A DNA stretch of 64,000 nt, from positions 1 through 64,000 of IMG/VR virus record IMGVR_UViG_3300035454_001303, one strand, 5' to 3'. Positions 56,177 through 64,000 of this stretch are shown one piece after another. The translations under genes and the position numbers were made by a program. How positions within the stretch are numbered: position 1 is the stretch's first letter; each line of letters begins with the position of its first letter. Origin of the DNA: a virus. Lineage: Duplodnaviria; Caudoviricetes. A model generated the notes under the pieces. That model saw nothing but the letters and a program-made list of their open reading frames with translations, did no database searches and was not told where the DNA came from.

Positions 56177-56557
56177 ATGCAGGTTGAAGTCTTGGGAAAC
56201 GGCCCTTTGGTCGAATACGCGGTGAACGGAAGCGTCGTGAAGATCGGCGGCGACGGCGGAATTGAAATCGATTGCGCTGCAATTCAGGTAGACGCGGCGA
56301 TTGCGGTGGATATTTGCCGCGATGTAGCGGGAAACCTGGTGCAGGGCGTGAGCGAGGGCGTGTCCTATGTGGCGTCTCTCGTTGTGCCGCCGAAGGAAAA
56401 GAGCGAACAGCCAAAAGTCGAGGACGGAGAACCCGTTTTGGATGACAACGGCAACCAGGTTTATGAGGTTGTCGTCGCTCCCTTGAACATGAACAAGGTG
56501 CGGCTGTCCTTATGGCCCTTTGTGAACCCGGTTCCGGTATCGGAACGCGAAATCTGA
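56177..56557 (+). CDS. Small tail fibre adaptor protein
   Basis: Lies between the fibre gene and the DGR target; all-beta composition. Confidence 0.5.
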   Translation: MQVEVLGNGPLVEYAVNGSVVKIGGDGGIEIDCAAIQVDAAIAVDICRDVAGNLVQGVSEGVSYVASLVVPPKEKSEQPKVEDGEPVLDDNGNQVYEVVVAPLNMNKVRLSLWPFVNPVPVSEREI

Positions 56558-56587
56558 AAAAACAAAAAAGAATAGGAGGTTTAAGCA

Positions 56588-57604
56588 ATGCTGATTTTCA
56601 ATAAAGATCCTTTGAGGGCTTCGGTAGAGGCGGCAACTGGCGGCAGGGTTACGGTGCTCTATGACGATAAGGGGTATCCGTCCTATATGTGCGTGATCCC
56701 GAAATTCCTCGTGGAAACCATCGACGCGGATCTCGGGGCAGGTGTCCATCCGGCCTTCATCGTGAACGGTGTGGAAAAGTCCGAGATCTTCATCGGCCAG
56801 TTCAAGGCCAATGTTCTGGACGGTCGCGCCCTCTCTTTGCCCGGCTACGATCCGACCGCGAGTGTCAATTTTGACACGGCGAAGGGCTACTGCACGGCCA
56901 AGGGGACCGGCTGGCATCTCATGTCAAACTGGGAGGCCGCAGCGCTGGCCCTCTACTGCATCAAGAACGGGCAGCCCCGTGGCAATACCGATTACGGCAG
57001 ACACCACACATCGACTCACGAGTGCGGTCGTCGGCAGGACGGCGTTGCTCCCGGTACCGCCTCCGGCACGGCACGGACCCTGAACGGTTCCGGCCCTGCT
57101 TCCTGGCGTCATGATGGCACCCTTGCCGGAGTGGACGGCCTGTGCGGAAACATTTGGGAATGGGTTGACGGGATGAAACTTGTCAACGGTAAATTTTATT
57201 TCCCCGATGACAACTACTTTACCCAGGCTGAAGGGTCCTGGAAGGACCAGGGCGTGATTATGGCCGAAGACACGGGCGACAAGCTAGGTGTGGCCGGTAC
57301 GGATACGTTACACGCCTCTGGCGGCGTCGGGTTCGGGGCATGGAAAGGTCTCACCAGAACCACGGCCTATGCCGCCCTTTCCGACACGATCAAGCGGCGT
57401 TTCATGCAGGCCATGATCGACCCGGCGTTCAACAGTAGCGACCCTGTAGGGTATTTCTATTTCGACACCGATGGCGAGCGCGTTCCGCTCCGCTTTGGGG
57501 GCTGGGGCTACGGTGCCGATGCCGGGGTCGCTGCGTTGTACCTCAGCAACGCGCGCGCGGTCGTGGTCACGACCCTCGGGTTCCGCCTCGCCTATATCGG
57601 TTGA
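56588..57604 (+). CDS. Proximal DGR target: tail adhesin, Mtd-like CLec/FGE-sulfatase fold
   Basis: Last tail gene; HPAFIV, MSNWE, GNIWEWVDG; C-terminal VR ending LGFRLAYIG. Confidence 0.9.
   Translation: MLIFNKDPLRASVEAATGGRVTVLYDDKGYPSYMCVIPKFLVETIDADLGAGVHPAFIVNGVEKSEIFIGQFKANVLDGRALSLPGYDPTASVNFDTAKGYCTAKGTGWHLMSNWEAAALALYCIKNGQPRGNTDYGRHHTSTHECGRRQDGVAPGTASGTARTLNGSGPASWRHDGTLAGVDGLCGNIWEWVDGMKLVNGKFYFPDDNYFTQAEGSWKDQGVIMAEDTGDKLGVAGTDTLHASGGVGFGAWKGLTRTTAYAALSDTIKRRFMQAMIDPAFNSSDPVGYFYFDTDGERVPLRFGGWGYGADAGVAALYLSNARAVVVTTLGFRLAYIG
57478..57590 (+). repeat. DGR variable repeat VR1
   Basis: Hand alignment to TR 58051-58163: 113 nt, 16 mismatches, all at TR adenines. Confidence 0.95.
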
Positions 57605-57648
57605 GCGTAGTCTGTAAATCTGTGGGGCGGGCGACAGCCCGCCCCCTT
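57591..57648 (+). promoter_or_regulatory. DGR IMH plus 9-bp GC hairpin with GACA loop
   Basis: GGGGCGGGC (57624-57632)-GACA-GCCCGCCCC (57637-57645); identical copy at 7666-7723. Confidence 0.9.
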
Positions 57649-57671
57649 AAACCCCATTCACGGGAAACGGA

Positions 57672-58037
57672 ATGACGAAAAATCTGATTATCTACGAAAA
57701 GACTCTGGAAATGATCGAATACGGCACTATCGCGCTCCGTCAATTCCCCCGATATGAGAAATTTGTACTGGCGGCCATGATTCGGCAACAGATGTATGAA
57801 GTTCTGAAGCTGATCGTGGAGACCAATAAACGGACATACCGGAAAACAGCGCTGACCGAACTGGATATTGCCCATGAAACGCTCCGGCATTTGGTGGACC
57901 TCTCCTATCGGCGGTTGAAGTATCTCGATCACAAGAAATACACCCTGTGGATGGAGAAGATCAACGAAGTCGGTAAATTGTTGGGAGGGTGGATTCGCTC
58001 CCAGCGAGAAGGGGCACAGCCTGCAAAGAATGTTTAA
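57672..58037 (+). CDS. avd: DGR accessory variability determinant Avd
   Basis: L.IYEK...QFPRYEKFVL..MIR...LTELD...LV.LS...INEVGKLLGGWI four-helix-bundle pattern; between target and TR. Confidence 0.92.
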   Translation: MTKNLIIYEKTLEMIEYGTIALRQFPRYEKFVLAAMIRQQMYEVLKLIVETNKRTYRKTALTELDIAHETLRHLVDLSYRRLKYLDHKKYTLWMEKINEVGKLLGGWIRSQREGAQPAKNV

Positions 58038-58050
58038 TGAAGCTCTGTTA

Positions 58051-58163
58051 GCGCGTTCCGATCCGCTTTGGGAACTGGAACAACGGTGCCAATGCCGGGG
58101 TCGCTGCGTTGAACCTCAACAACGCGCGCACGAACGTGAACACGAACATCGGGTTCCGCCTCG
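58051..58163 (+). ncRNA. DGR template repeat (TR)
   Basis: AAC-rich template (NWNNGANAG...NLNNARTNVNTNIGFR) matching both VRs except at adenines; IMH* diverges (GACTTTGA vs GCCTATAT). Confidence 0.95.
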
Positions 58164-58318
58164 ACTTTGAATATGCCAGAAGGCGCCTGCTTACGGGCAG
58201 AGGCCCAGTGCAATTTCATAGGGAGGCTGTGTCCTTCCCGAAAGGGAAGATAGCCCAAAAGCCTTCATGTCTGAGTAGCAATGCCGAAACGTCATGAAGG
58301 CACTTTTAAAAGGAAAAG

Positions 58319-59347
58319 ATGAAACGTTATCATCATTTATATTCAAGAATCTGCGACATGGATAATCTTGAGGCGGCATGGAAGTACGTCCGTCTTGGAA
58401 AACGGTACGATAAGGAGGTTCTGCGCTTCGGATACTACACCCTGCAAAACGTCATCCAACTTCATAATGAACTGACCTGGAAGAACTATCGAATCGGTCA
58501 GTATCGCGAATTTATTATTAAGGATCCGAAAGAGCGCCTCATCCAATACTTACCCCTGCGCGACCGCATCGTTCAGCAGGCCCTTCACCAGGTGATCGAG
58601 CCCATCTTTGACAAGGGCTTCATTGATGACTCCTATGCCTGTCGTAAAGGCAAGGGCACGCACCGTGCCATGAAGCGACTGCAATACTTTTTGAATGCAG
58701 CTCGCGAAAAATGGCCTGGGAAGGAAATTTATTATCTCCATTGTGACATTCGTAAATACTTTCCCCATATCGATCACGACGTTCTTTATGGGCTCATGAG
58801 CCGGAAGATCAAGTGCGCCGACACGCTAAAGCTCATCAGGGCCATTATTGATAGCAGTACCTCAGATCCGGGGCTTCCCATAGGCAGCCTCTTCAGTCAG
58901 CTTTCCGCCAATGTGTATTTGAACGTCCTGGATCAGTTCGCCAAGCACGACCTTCGCGAGCGCTATTACCTTCGCTACATGGATAACTTCATCATCGTTC
59001 ATCACGACAAAAAGCATTTGCAACGGGTGAAGGATGAGATTCAAGGGCTTCTTAATAATCGATTGCGCCTGGAATTCAATCCGAAGGGGACCCGGATCGA
59101 CAAAGTGGCGGGAGGAATCGAATTCGTCGGCTATCGGGTCTATGTAGACCGGGTCAAGATCAAAAAGGCAAGCATCAAGAGAATGAAGAAGCGCCTGCGG
59201 GCCATGCGGGTTATGTACCGGGAAGGAAGGGCGTCGATCTGGAACATCAGCCAGCGCATACGGTCCTGGCTGGGGCATTGTTGTCATGCCGACGCAAAAG
59301 GGATCGCCGAAAGCGTTCTGTCCGGGGCAGTATTCACACGAGGATAA
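58319..59347 (+). CDS. DGR reverse transcriptase
   Basis: PKER.I...RDRIVQQAL, SYACRKGKG, DIRKYF, GLPIGSLFSQ (DGR GxxxSQ), RYMDN, FVGY. Confidence 0.96.
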   Translation: MKRYHHLYSRICDMDNLEAAWKYVRLGKRYDKEVLRFGYYTLQNVIQLHNELTWKNYRIGQYREFIIKDPKERLIQYLPLRDRIVQQALHQVIEPIFDKGFIDDSYACRKGKGTHRAMKRLQYFLNAAREKWPGKEIYYLHCDIRKYFPHIDHDVLYGLMSRKIKCADTLKLIRAIIDSSTSDPGLPIGSLFSQLSANVYLNVLDQFAKHDLRERYYLRYMDNFIIVHHDKKHLQRVKDEIQGLLNNRLRLEFNPKGTRIDKVAGGIEFVGYRVYVDRVKIKKASIKRMKKRLRAMRVMYREGRASIWNISQRIRSWLGHCCHADAKGIAESVLSGAVFTRG

Positions 59348-59362
59348 GGAAGGAGGTTTATC

Positions 59363-59956
59363 ATGATTCATATTGATTTTGAGAAGTTCAACAAAGCGGG
59401 CTTGAAGCCAATCCTGGATAAGTTCGAGAAGGCTGCCTTGCCAATTGCCAGCGTGGACGCGGACAATAAGGCAAAGCGCGAATCCGGCTTTCAGGTAAAG
59501 ACGGCCATCATCAATTTTGAAAGCGGCCAAAAGTTGCAGGTGAAGGCCAAGGCCGGGGGATCGATCTTTCAGGTGAAGCTGAACAGCAAGGTCCTCGCCA
59601 TCAAGTACGTTGACGACCTCGATAAGGCAATTCAGGAGGTCATCGATTATGTCAAGGAAAACGAGAAATCCTACCAAAAACAGAAGGAAAAGCAGCTTGC
59701 CCGGCAGAAGGTGAACGTTCCGAAGATCAAACCGGCAAATGTGTCCGTTTCGGAACAGATCACTCAATTCCAGACAGCCATTGATGAGACCAAGGCCGCT
59801 GATGACTCGCTGAATGAGCAGATCGCGGAAGCCGAAAACTCGAAAACCGAAAAAAGCACTGTCGTAACGACTCTCGAGACGGAGCTGAGCGGTCTGGTTG
59901 CGACGGGCGAGAATCTTCAGGCCGAATATGATCAATTGAAGGAGGTGGCAGCATGA
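59363..59956 (+). CDS. hdf: P1 Hdf-like protein
   Basis: DFEKFNKAGLKPILDKF...KR.SG...FESGQ...GSIFQVKLN; C-terminal coiled coil; precedes darA. Confidence 0.8.
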   Translation: MIHIDFEKFNKAGLKPILDKFEKAALPIASVDADNKAKRESGFQVKTAIINFESGQKLQVKAKAGGSIFQVKLNSKVLAIKYVDDLDKAIQEVIDYVKENEKSYQKQKEKQLARQKVNVPKIKPANVSVSEQITQFQTAIDETKAADDSLNEQIAEAENSKTEKSTVVTTLETELSGLVATGENLQAEYDQLKEVAA

Positions 59957-62097
59957 ATCCACTGACGGAAGGAAAAAGAATCAAGCTGGGTTATGACTAC
60001 TTCGCCACGGGTTTTTCGGGGATTCAGCTTTCGGAAGCATATTACAGGCTGATTGCCGACAAGCAGCAAGAACGCCTCCTTTTCGAGACGGCGACCATTG
60101 ACGAGGTTGACGAGGCTTATAACCCCTGTGACGAAAACGACCGGATGACGACCGAAGAACTTGTTTTAGAGGCTATCCGGATTCAGCGTTTCAATCGCAC
60201 AGAATCCAAGATGACCGCCCTTGTGCGCGTCTTCAATGGGTATTTGAAGGAAAAGAACATTGAGGCCATGGCGCCGGTCATCGGAATGCCGAAGAAATCG
60301 GGCCTCTTTGCGACCGTGACCGTGCAGATTCCTTTCAGCGACGGGCAGGTGGTAAGCATTATTTTCCACAGCCCCGACAACAACAAGATGAAGATCGCGG
60401 CGGATGATGAAATCATCGCTTTTCGGTGGCTCTTGAACAAGCGGGACATCACCCATGTGGTTTCTCCGGAAAACGATGCCGAAGTCAGCCTTCAGGAAAT
60501 CGGGAAGCGAACGGCCCAGTTGGTTGAAAAGAACAGCGCCCGGTTCCAGGTCATGCAGAAGGAGCTTGTGGCGCAACGGAAGACACTTGAAGAATTGAAG
60601 ACTCAGGCCGATGAGGGGGTGAAGCATCACGATGAACTCATGGCCAAGCTGAAGGAGGGGCAGGATGCCATTGAAGCGATGGATACGAAAATCGCCAACC
60701 TCCGCAGTCAGATTGAGAAGCAGAAGGCTTTCAATGACGACCTTCAAGGAAAAGTTGACGCTCTGAAGGCGAAGCAGGCCGGGAATGACGGCAAGGCGAC
60801 CGGGGGCGAGACCCCGAAAACCGAAGCGGAAATGAAGGCAGAACAAGAACGGACGGCCTATGAAGAGAAGCGGGCGGCACTGGGAAGTGAATTGACCGGG
60901 CGCGGATTCATAGATAACGGCATGGGCGGTGTCTGGAATAAAGAGGGATTCGGATATGTCCAGGCCAGTGGCGTGGATGGATACAGCATCGCGGTAGGTT
61001 TGGCCGATGGCAGCAAGAAGACGTTCTCTTCGGCCACCGTTGCCGGTTTCGACAAGCAGGCGACCAAGGCCCTGTCCATGATCGACAAGAAGCTCAAAGC
61101 GGCTGAGATCAAGATTGACCCTGCCGTCTCAGCCCTTGATGCTACGAACGGCTTTGCGGAATTCCTCATGAAGCAGGACGAAGGCCATGTCGAAGGGTAC
61201 AGCCCGAAAGAAAGCGTTCTCAATATTGATGCGAGCGCCAAAAGCGAGGGCCTTGATGCGAAATGGTCTGAAGGGGATGATGGCGGAATGCCCGTTGCAG
61301 TCGGAACTTTCACCATCGCGGGAGGCAACCAGATCGGTGGCGTGCGGATCAGCCCGGACGGGAAGGCAATATTCTTCCTGAACGGTGAGAGATTCAGGGG
61401 TGATTACTACTTCGCAAGCGCCGACAACGAGACCCAGGACGCGGCAATGAAGGAACTCGCCGTCATTATCAAAGCAGCGAAAGAGAAGGAAGAGAGGGCC
61501 AAGCAGGTGGATGAAACAAACCGTCTTATTGAAGTCGGGAAAAATGCGGTACCGGGAGTTCGCCTTCAGGATGCGGAGGAAGCCGGGAAGCTATGGGAGA
61601 TGAAAGGACGCGGCGAGTTGTCCGAGGAAGACTGGGGCAAATATGTCGAAGACCTTAAGGCGTCGAACAAGATTGCGAAATCCAACGGGCCTCAAGCCCT
61701 CATTGGCTCAACTATGACCTCTGACGACGAAAAACGCATTCTTGCCGAGCTTGCCAACCTTGGAGAAGAGGAATTGACGCGCAGGCATGAGGAAATTCGG
61801 GCCTATATGGAAGGTCCAGACTTCGAGGATCAAGACCCCGATTACAAGAAGTCCCTCCAAAACACCGAGTTCCTGCTGTTCACGGCAAAGAGCAACGTTC
61901 CGGATGAACCAGTTGCCGTGACCGTTCTCAACGACATCCTTGCCGGAAAATATGACGGCGACTCCACGAAGCTGGGAGAGGCCCTTGACCAGGCGGCTTC
62001 CGACCTGGAGAAGGATGGGAAGGCGGAACAATATGATGCTCTTCTGAATCAAGCAGCGGACTATCTGACGGAAATTCTGAAAAAGGAGGCGGCGTAA
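59953..62097 (+). CDS. darA: P1 DarA-like antirestriction/head protein
   Basis: IPFSDGQ.VSIIFHSP...IAFRWLLNKRDITH.VSP...LVEKNSARFQ; C-term LLNQAADYL. Confidence 0.85.
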   Translation: MNPLTEGKRIKLGYDYFATGFSGIQLSEAYYRLIADKQQERLLFETATIDEVDEAYNPCDENDRMTTEELVLEAIRIQRFNRTESKMTALVRVFNGYLKEKNIEAMAPVIGMPKKSGLFATVTVQIPFSDGQVVSIIFHSPDNNKMKIAADDEIIAFRWLLNKRDITHVVSPENDAEVSLQEIGKRTAQLVEKNSARFQVMQKELVAQRKTLEELKTQADEGVKHHDELMAKLKEGQDAIEAMDTKIANLRSQIEKQKAFNDDLQGKVDALKAKQAGNDGKATGGETPKTEAEMKAEQERTAYEEKRAALGSELTGRGFIDNGMGGVWNKEGFGYVQASGVDGYSIAVGLADGSKKTFSSATVAGFDKQATKALSMIDKKLKAAEIKIDPAVSALDATNGFAEFLMKQDEGHVEGYSPKESVLNIDASAKSEGLDAKWSEGDDGGMPVAVGTFTIAGGNQIGGVRISPDGKAIFFLNGERFRGDYYFASADNETQDAAMKELAVIIKAAKEKEERAKQVDETNRLIEVGKNAVPGVRLQDAEEAGKLWEMKGRGELSEEDWGKYVEDLKASNKIAKSNGPQALIGSTMTSDDEKRILAELANLGEEELTRRHEEIRAYMEGPDFEDQDPDYKKSLQNTEFLLFTAKSNVPDEPVAVTVLNDILAGKYDGDSTKLGEALDQAASDLEKDGKAEQYDALLNQAADYLTEILKKEAA

Positions 62098-63102
62098 ATG
62101 GCTCTATCATTCTCCGAAAAGCGATCCCTGCAGAAGGTGATCGCCACGAACCTTGCCAGCCTTCAGGCGGGCAACCTGTCCTTCCAGGACAAGCGGAAGT
62201 TTCAAAAAGAGATTCAGGACGCCTTTGCCAGACTGAAGGAGGCCGTTGAACTGAAGCCCGAGGCACAGAACCAAAAGCTCGCCGATCTGATTGCCGGGAA
62301 ATACAACAACGAGCCTCCCGAGGGATTTCTGAAGGTACTGAAGGAGATCGTTGAAGAGATCAACGACATTGAGCCGGTGAAGCCGCCCACGATTGCCTAT
62401 ATCGAAGTCAATCAGGACAAAGTGAATTCGATCATGGAAAGCGCCCTGGGTGAGGTATTTGGGAAACTGTGGGATAAAACGAAGGGATTCCCTATTCCGA
62501 TCATCGGAACATCCTCTTCGCAGCAAGCCACCAACGACGCCGTCAGGGTCAAGCCGCAGGACGGCGACTACGGGCCTCCAAAAAAAATCAGTATCGACAT
62601 CGATGACGATTTCTACGGCCCTACTTCTTTTCGTGCCGTGATCAGGGCCATCGAAGAGGCCCGGGCGGGAGACACGATTGAAATCAAGCTCAACTCCAAC
62701 GGCGGAGATACCCAGGCGGCGCAAGCCATTTACGTGGCGCTCCTGAAAACGCTGGCGAAAACGAAAGCGATCATCATCAACGCCTATTCTGCGGGGAGCA
62801 TCGTCGCAATGGCCTGTGATGAGATCGAACCGACGCCCTTCTGTACCATGATGATTCACAACGCATCGACATTCAGTGGCGGGAAGCTCGGGGATCTGGC
62901 AGGGAAAGCGGCATTCCTGAATGATTACTTCGGGGAATGGTTCCAACAGCTTTACGCGGGGTTCCTTACCGAGGAAGAGCTGAAAGACATCATCAAGGGC
63001 CAGGATTTCTGGTTGAAAGAACCTCAGATCAGGGAACGCCTGAAGAACTGGAAGCCGATCCGCCAAAGACTCCAAGAAAATGGAACCATAAAGGCGGCCT
63101 GA
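62098..63102 (+). CDS. DdrA-like N-terminal domain fused to a ClpP-like serine protease
   Basis: N-term about 115 aa resembles recalled P1 DdrA and is syntenic; then LNSNGG, AYSAG, MIHN and QDFWL. Confidence 0.75.
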   Translation: MALSFSEKRSLQKVIATNLASLQAGNLSFQDKRKFQKEIQDAFARLKEAVELKPEAQNQKLADLIAGKYNNEPPEGFLKVLKEIVEEINDIEPVKPPTIAYIEVNQDKVNSIMESALGEVFGKLWDKTKGFPIPIIGTSSSQQATNDAVRVKPQDGDYGPPKKISIDIDDDFYGPTSFRAVIRAIEEARAGDTIEIKLNSNGGDTQAAQAIYVALLKTLAKTKAIIINAYSAGSIVAMACDEIEPTPFCTMMIHNASTFSGGKLGDLAGKAAFLNDYFGEWFQQLYAGFLTEEELKDIIKGQDFWLKEPQIRERLKNWKPIRQRLQENGTIKAA

Positions 63103-63104
63103 AG

Positions 63105-64000
63105 ATGCCCATTCCGCTCATAAAGAAACTCGCCGAAGAAAATGGCATTGACCTTCCGGAGGCCGAAAAGCGCTGGGAGAAGGCAAAGAAAATTGCCGAG
63201 GAACAGGCTGGTCTTTCCGAAGCCGATGGAGAGGACTACTGGAAGTACGTTGTTGGCGTTTTCAAGAAGTCCATGGGTGTCGGTGAGGACAATGTTTTGG
63301 AAAGCGCAGACGTGCAGCCCTGGGACAAGGAAAGGTTGGCTGTGGCCTATCCCCAAAGAGTCAGGGAGGCAAGATCGTTTTCCGATATCCTTGTGATCTT
63401 CTCCGCCCTCTTTCCTTATGCCGTCGATAGCCGACTTTGGGAAGGAGAATATGACGCGGCCAAGAAGTTCCGGGTTCTTTTTGAAGAGTTCCAGACGGAA
63501 ACCGATATGGAACTCAAATATGAGATTGCCCAGGAAATGGGGGATCTGGCGAACGCCAACAGGTTCAAGAGCGCTTTTGAGACGATGGCCGGTCCGGGGC
63601 TTCGGTCCAGCGATCTGGTTATGTTCTCGAATTCGTCCATCGGCGGCTTTCTCCTAAAGAGGAACTGCGAAGACGGCGAACGAATGGCGGAGTCCATCAT
63701 CCCCGGTTATGGGGAGAAGTTGAAGACCCGGAACGACATTCAGACGAGCATAGACCAGATCCAGAAGGAATATGATTTTTTGGTTGCCGACCAGGTGAAA
63801 AAGAAAAAAGACGAGATGGACGCCATCCGCAAGGATTGCGGTGCCCTCGATCTACAGACCAGGTCTGCGGCCATGAATGAAGAGCATTGGAAATGGGTTG
63901 GACAGCATTCCAAAAACATACCTCCGTATGATTCGGAGGAATATGCCAAATGGAAGCAGGAACTTGATGACTACAACAAGGGGTATGAAAAGCAGTTCCG
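63105..64000 (+). CDS. Partial large protein at the ddrB position (runs off the window; not in the ORF track)
   Basis: Open from ATG 63105 to the window end: MPIPLIKKLAEE...KRWEKAKK...YWKYVVGVFKKSMG...VLESADV. Confidence 0.7.
   Translation, partial: MPIPLIKKLAEENGIDLPEAEKRWEKAKKIAEEQAGLSEADGEDYWKYVVGVFKKSMGVGEDNVLESADVQPWDKERLAVAYPQRVREARSFSDILVIFSALFPYAVDSRLWEGEYDAAKKFRVLFEEFQTETDMELKYEIAQEMGDLANANRFKSAFETMAGPGLRSSDLVMFSNSSIGGFLLKRNCEDGERMAESIIPGYGEKLKTRNDIQTSIDQIQKEYDFLVADQVKKKKDEMDAIRKDCGALDLQTRSAAMNEEHWKWVGQHSKNIPPYDSEEYAKWKQELDDYNKGYEKQF

Larger units (their letters stand above)
56588..59347 (+). mobile_element. Diversity-generating retroelement cassette (target-avd-TR-RT)
   Basis: All core components present in canonical order. 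Confidence 0.95.
117..64000. mobile_element. Temperate phage genome (integrase, lambdoid control region, P1-like myovirus morphogenesis)
   Basis: Continuous phage gene content with no host housekeeping genes; portal, prohead protease and lysis genes are not in the window. Confidence 0.9.

Noticed and set aside
58164-58170. Counting the A>C difference at the TR 3' edge as a mutagenesis event
   Set aside because: Both VRs share it and it borders the diverging tail, so it is better read as the fixed IMH vs IMH* difference. The shared ATC>CTC just upstream may also be fixed rather than variable.
58319-59347. RT as a group II intron, retron or Abi RT
   Set aside because: It has the GxxxSQ motif, adjacent Avd and an adenine-specific TR/VR pair, and no maturase or endonuclease domain; this is a DGR.
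1-64000. CRISPR array or IS transposase
   Set aside because: I saw no regularly spaced repeat-spacer array and no transposase motif while reading.

Overview
The window is about 64 kb of one temperate tailed-phage genome, truncated at the right end. The host is probably a Desulfobacterota/deltaproteobacterium (inferred from a fused RdgC and a pilin-like domain). The genome is a mosaic. (1) A P4-type tyrosine integrase sits next to a tRNA-3'-end att core that has arm-type repeats on both sides (attP-like), followed by an AlpA-type excisionase. (2) A long leftward early operon encodes a C5 DNA methyltransferase, two radical-SAM-type proteins, ASCH, RdgC, an SF2 helicase and SbcCD; its leader carries a tRNA-Met(CAT)-like gene and a boxA. 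(3) A lambdoid immunity switch has shared CAGATTAATCTG operators at PL and PR, cI plus three co-oriented envelope-protein genes, and cro/cII-like genes. (4) A lambdoid replication block has an initiator with iterons, a DnaC-like loader, SSB and an N4/N6 methyltransferase. (5) A nearly complete phage P1-like packaging, head and contractile-tail module follows (pacA, pacB, mat, 26, 25, 7, 24, 6, 5, 23, 22, 21, pmgG, bplB, pmgC, tub, pmgB, sit, pmgA, bplA, 16), then P1-like hdf-darA-ddrA genes. Where P1 has its Cin invertible tail-fibre segment, this phage has a diversity-generating retroelement (avd-TR-RT). That DGR has two targets: the adjacent tail adhesin and a full-length paralog about 50 kb away on the opposite strand in the early operon. 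Each VR differs from TR at 16 positions, all TR adenines, and both share an identical 58-bp IMH/hairpin. Other notable points are a YMDN RT motif, a DdrA-ClpP protease fusion, a recurring E-[S/A] processing motif and a probable +1 frameshift before the tape measure gene. All family and P1-homolog calls come from motif recognition, recalled similarity and synteny; no database search was run.
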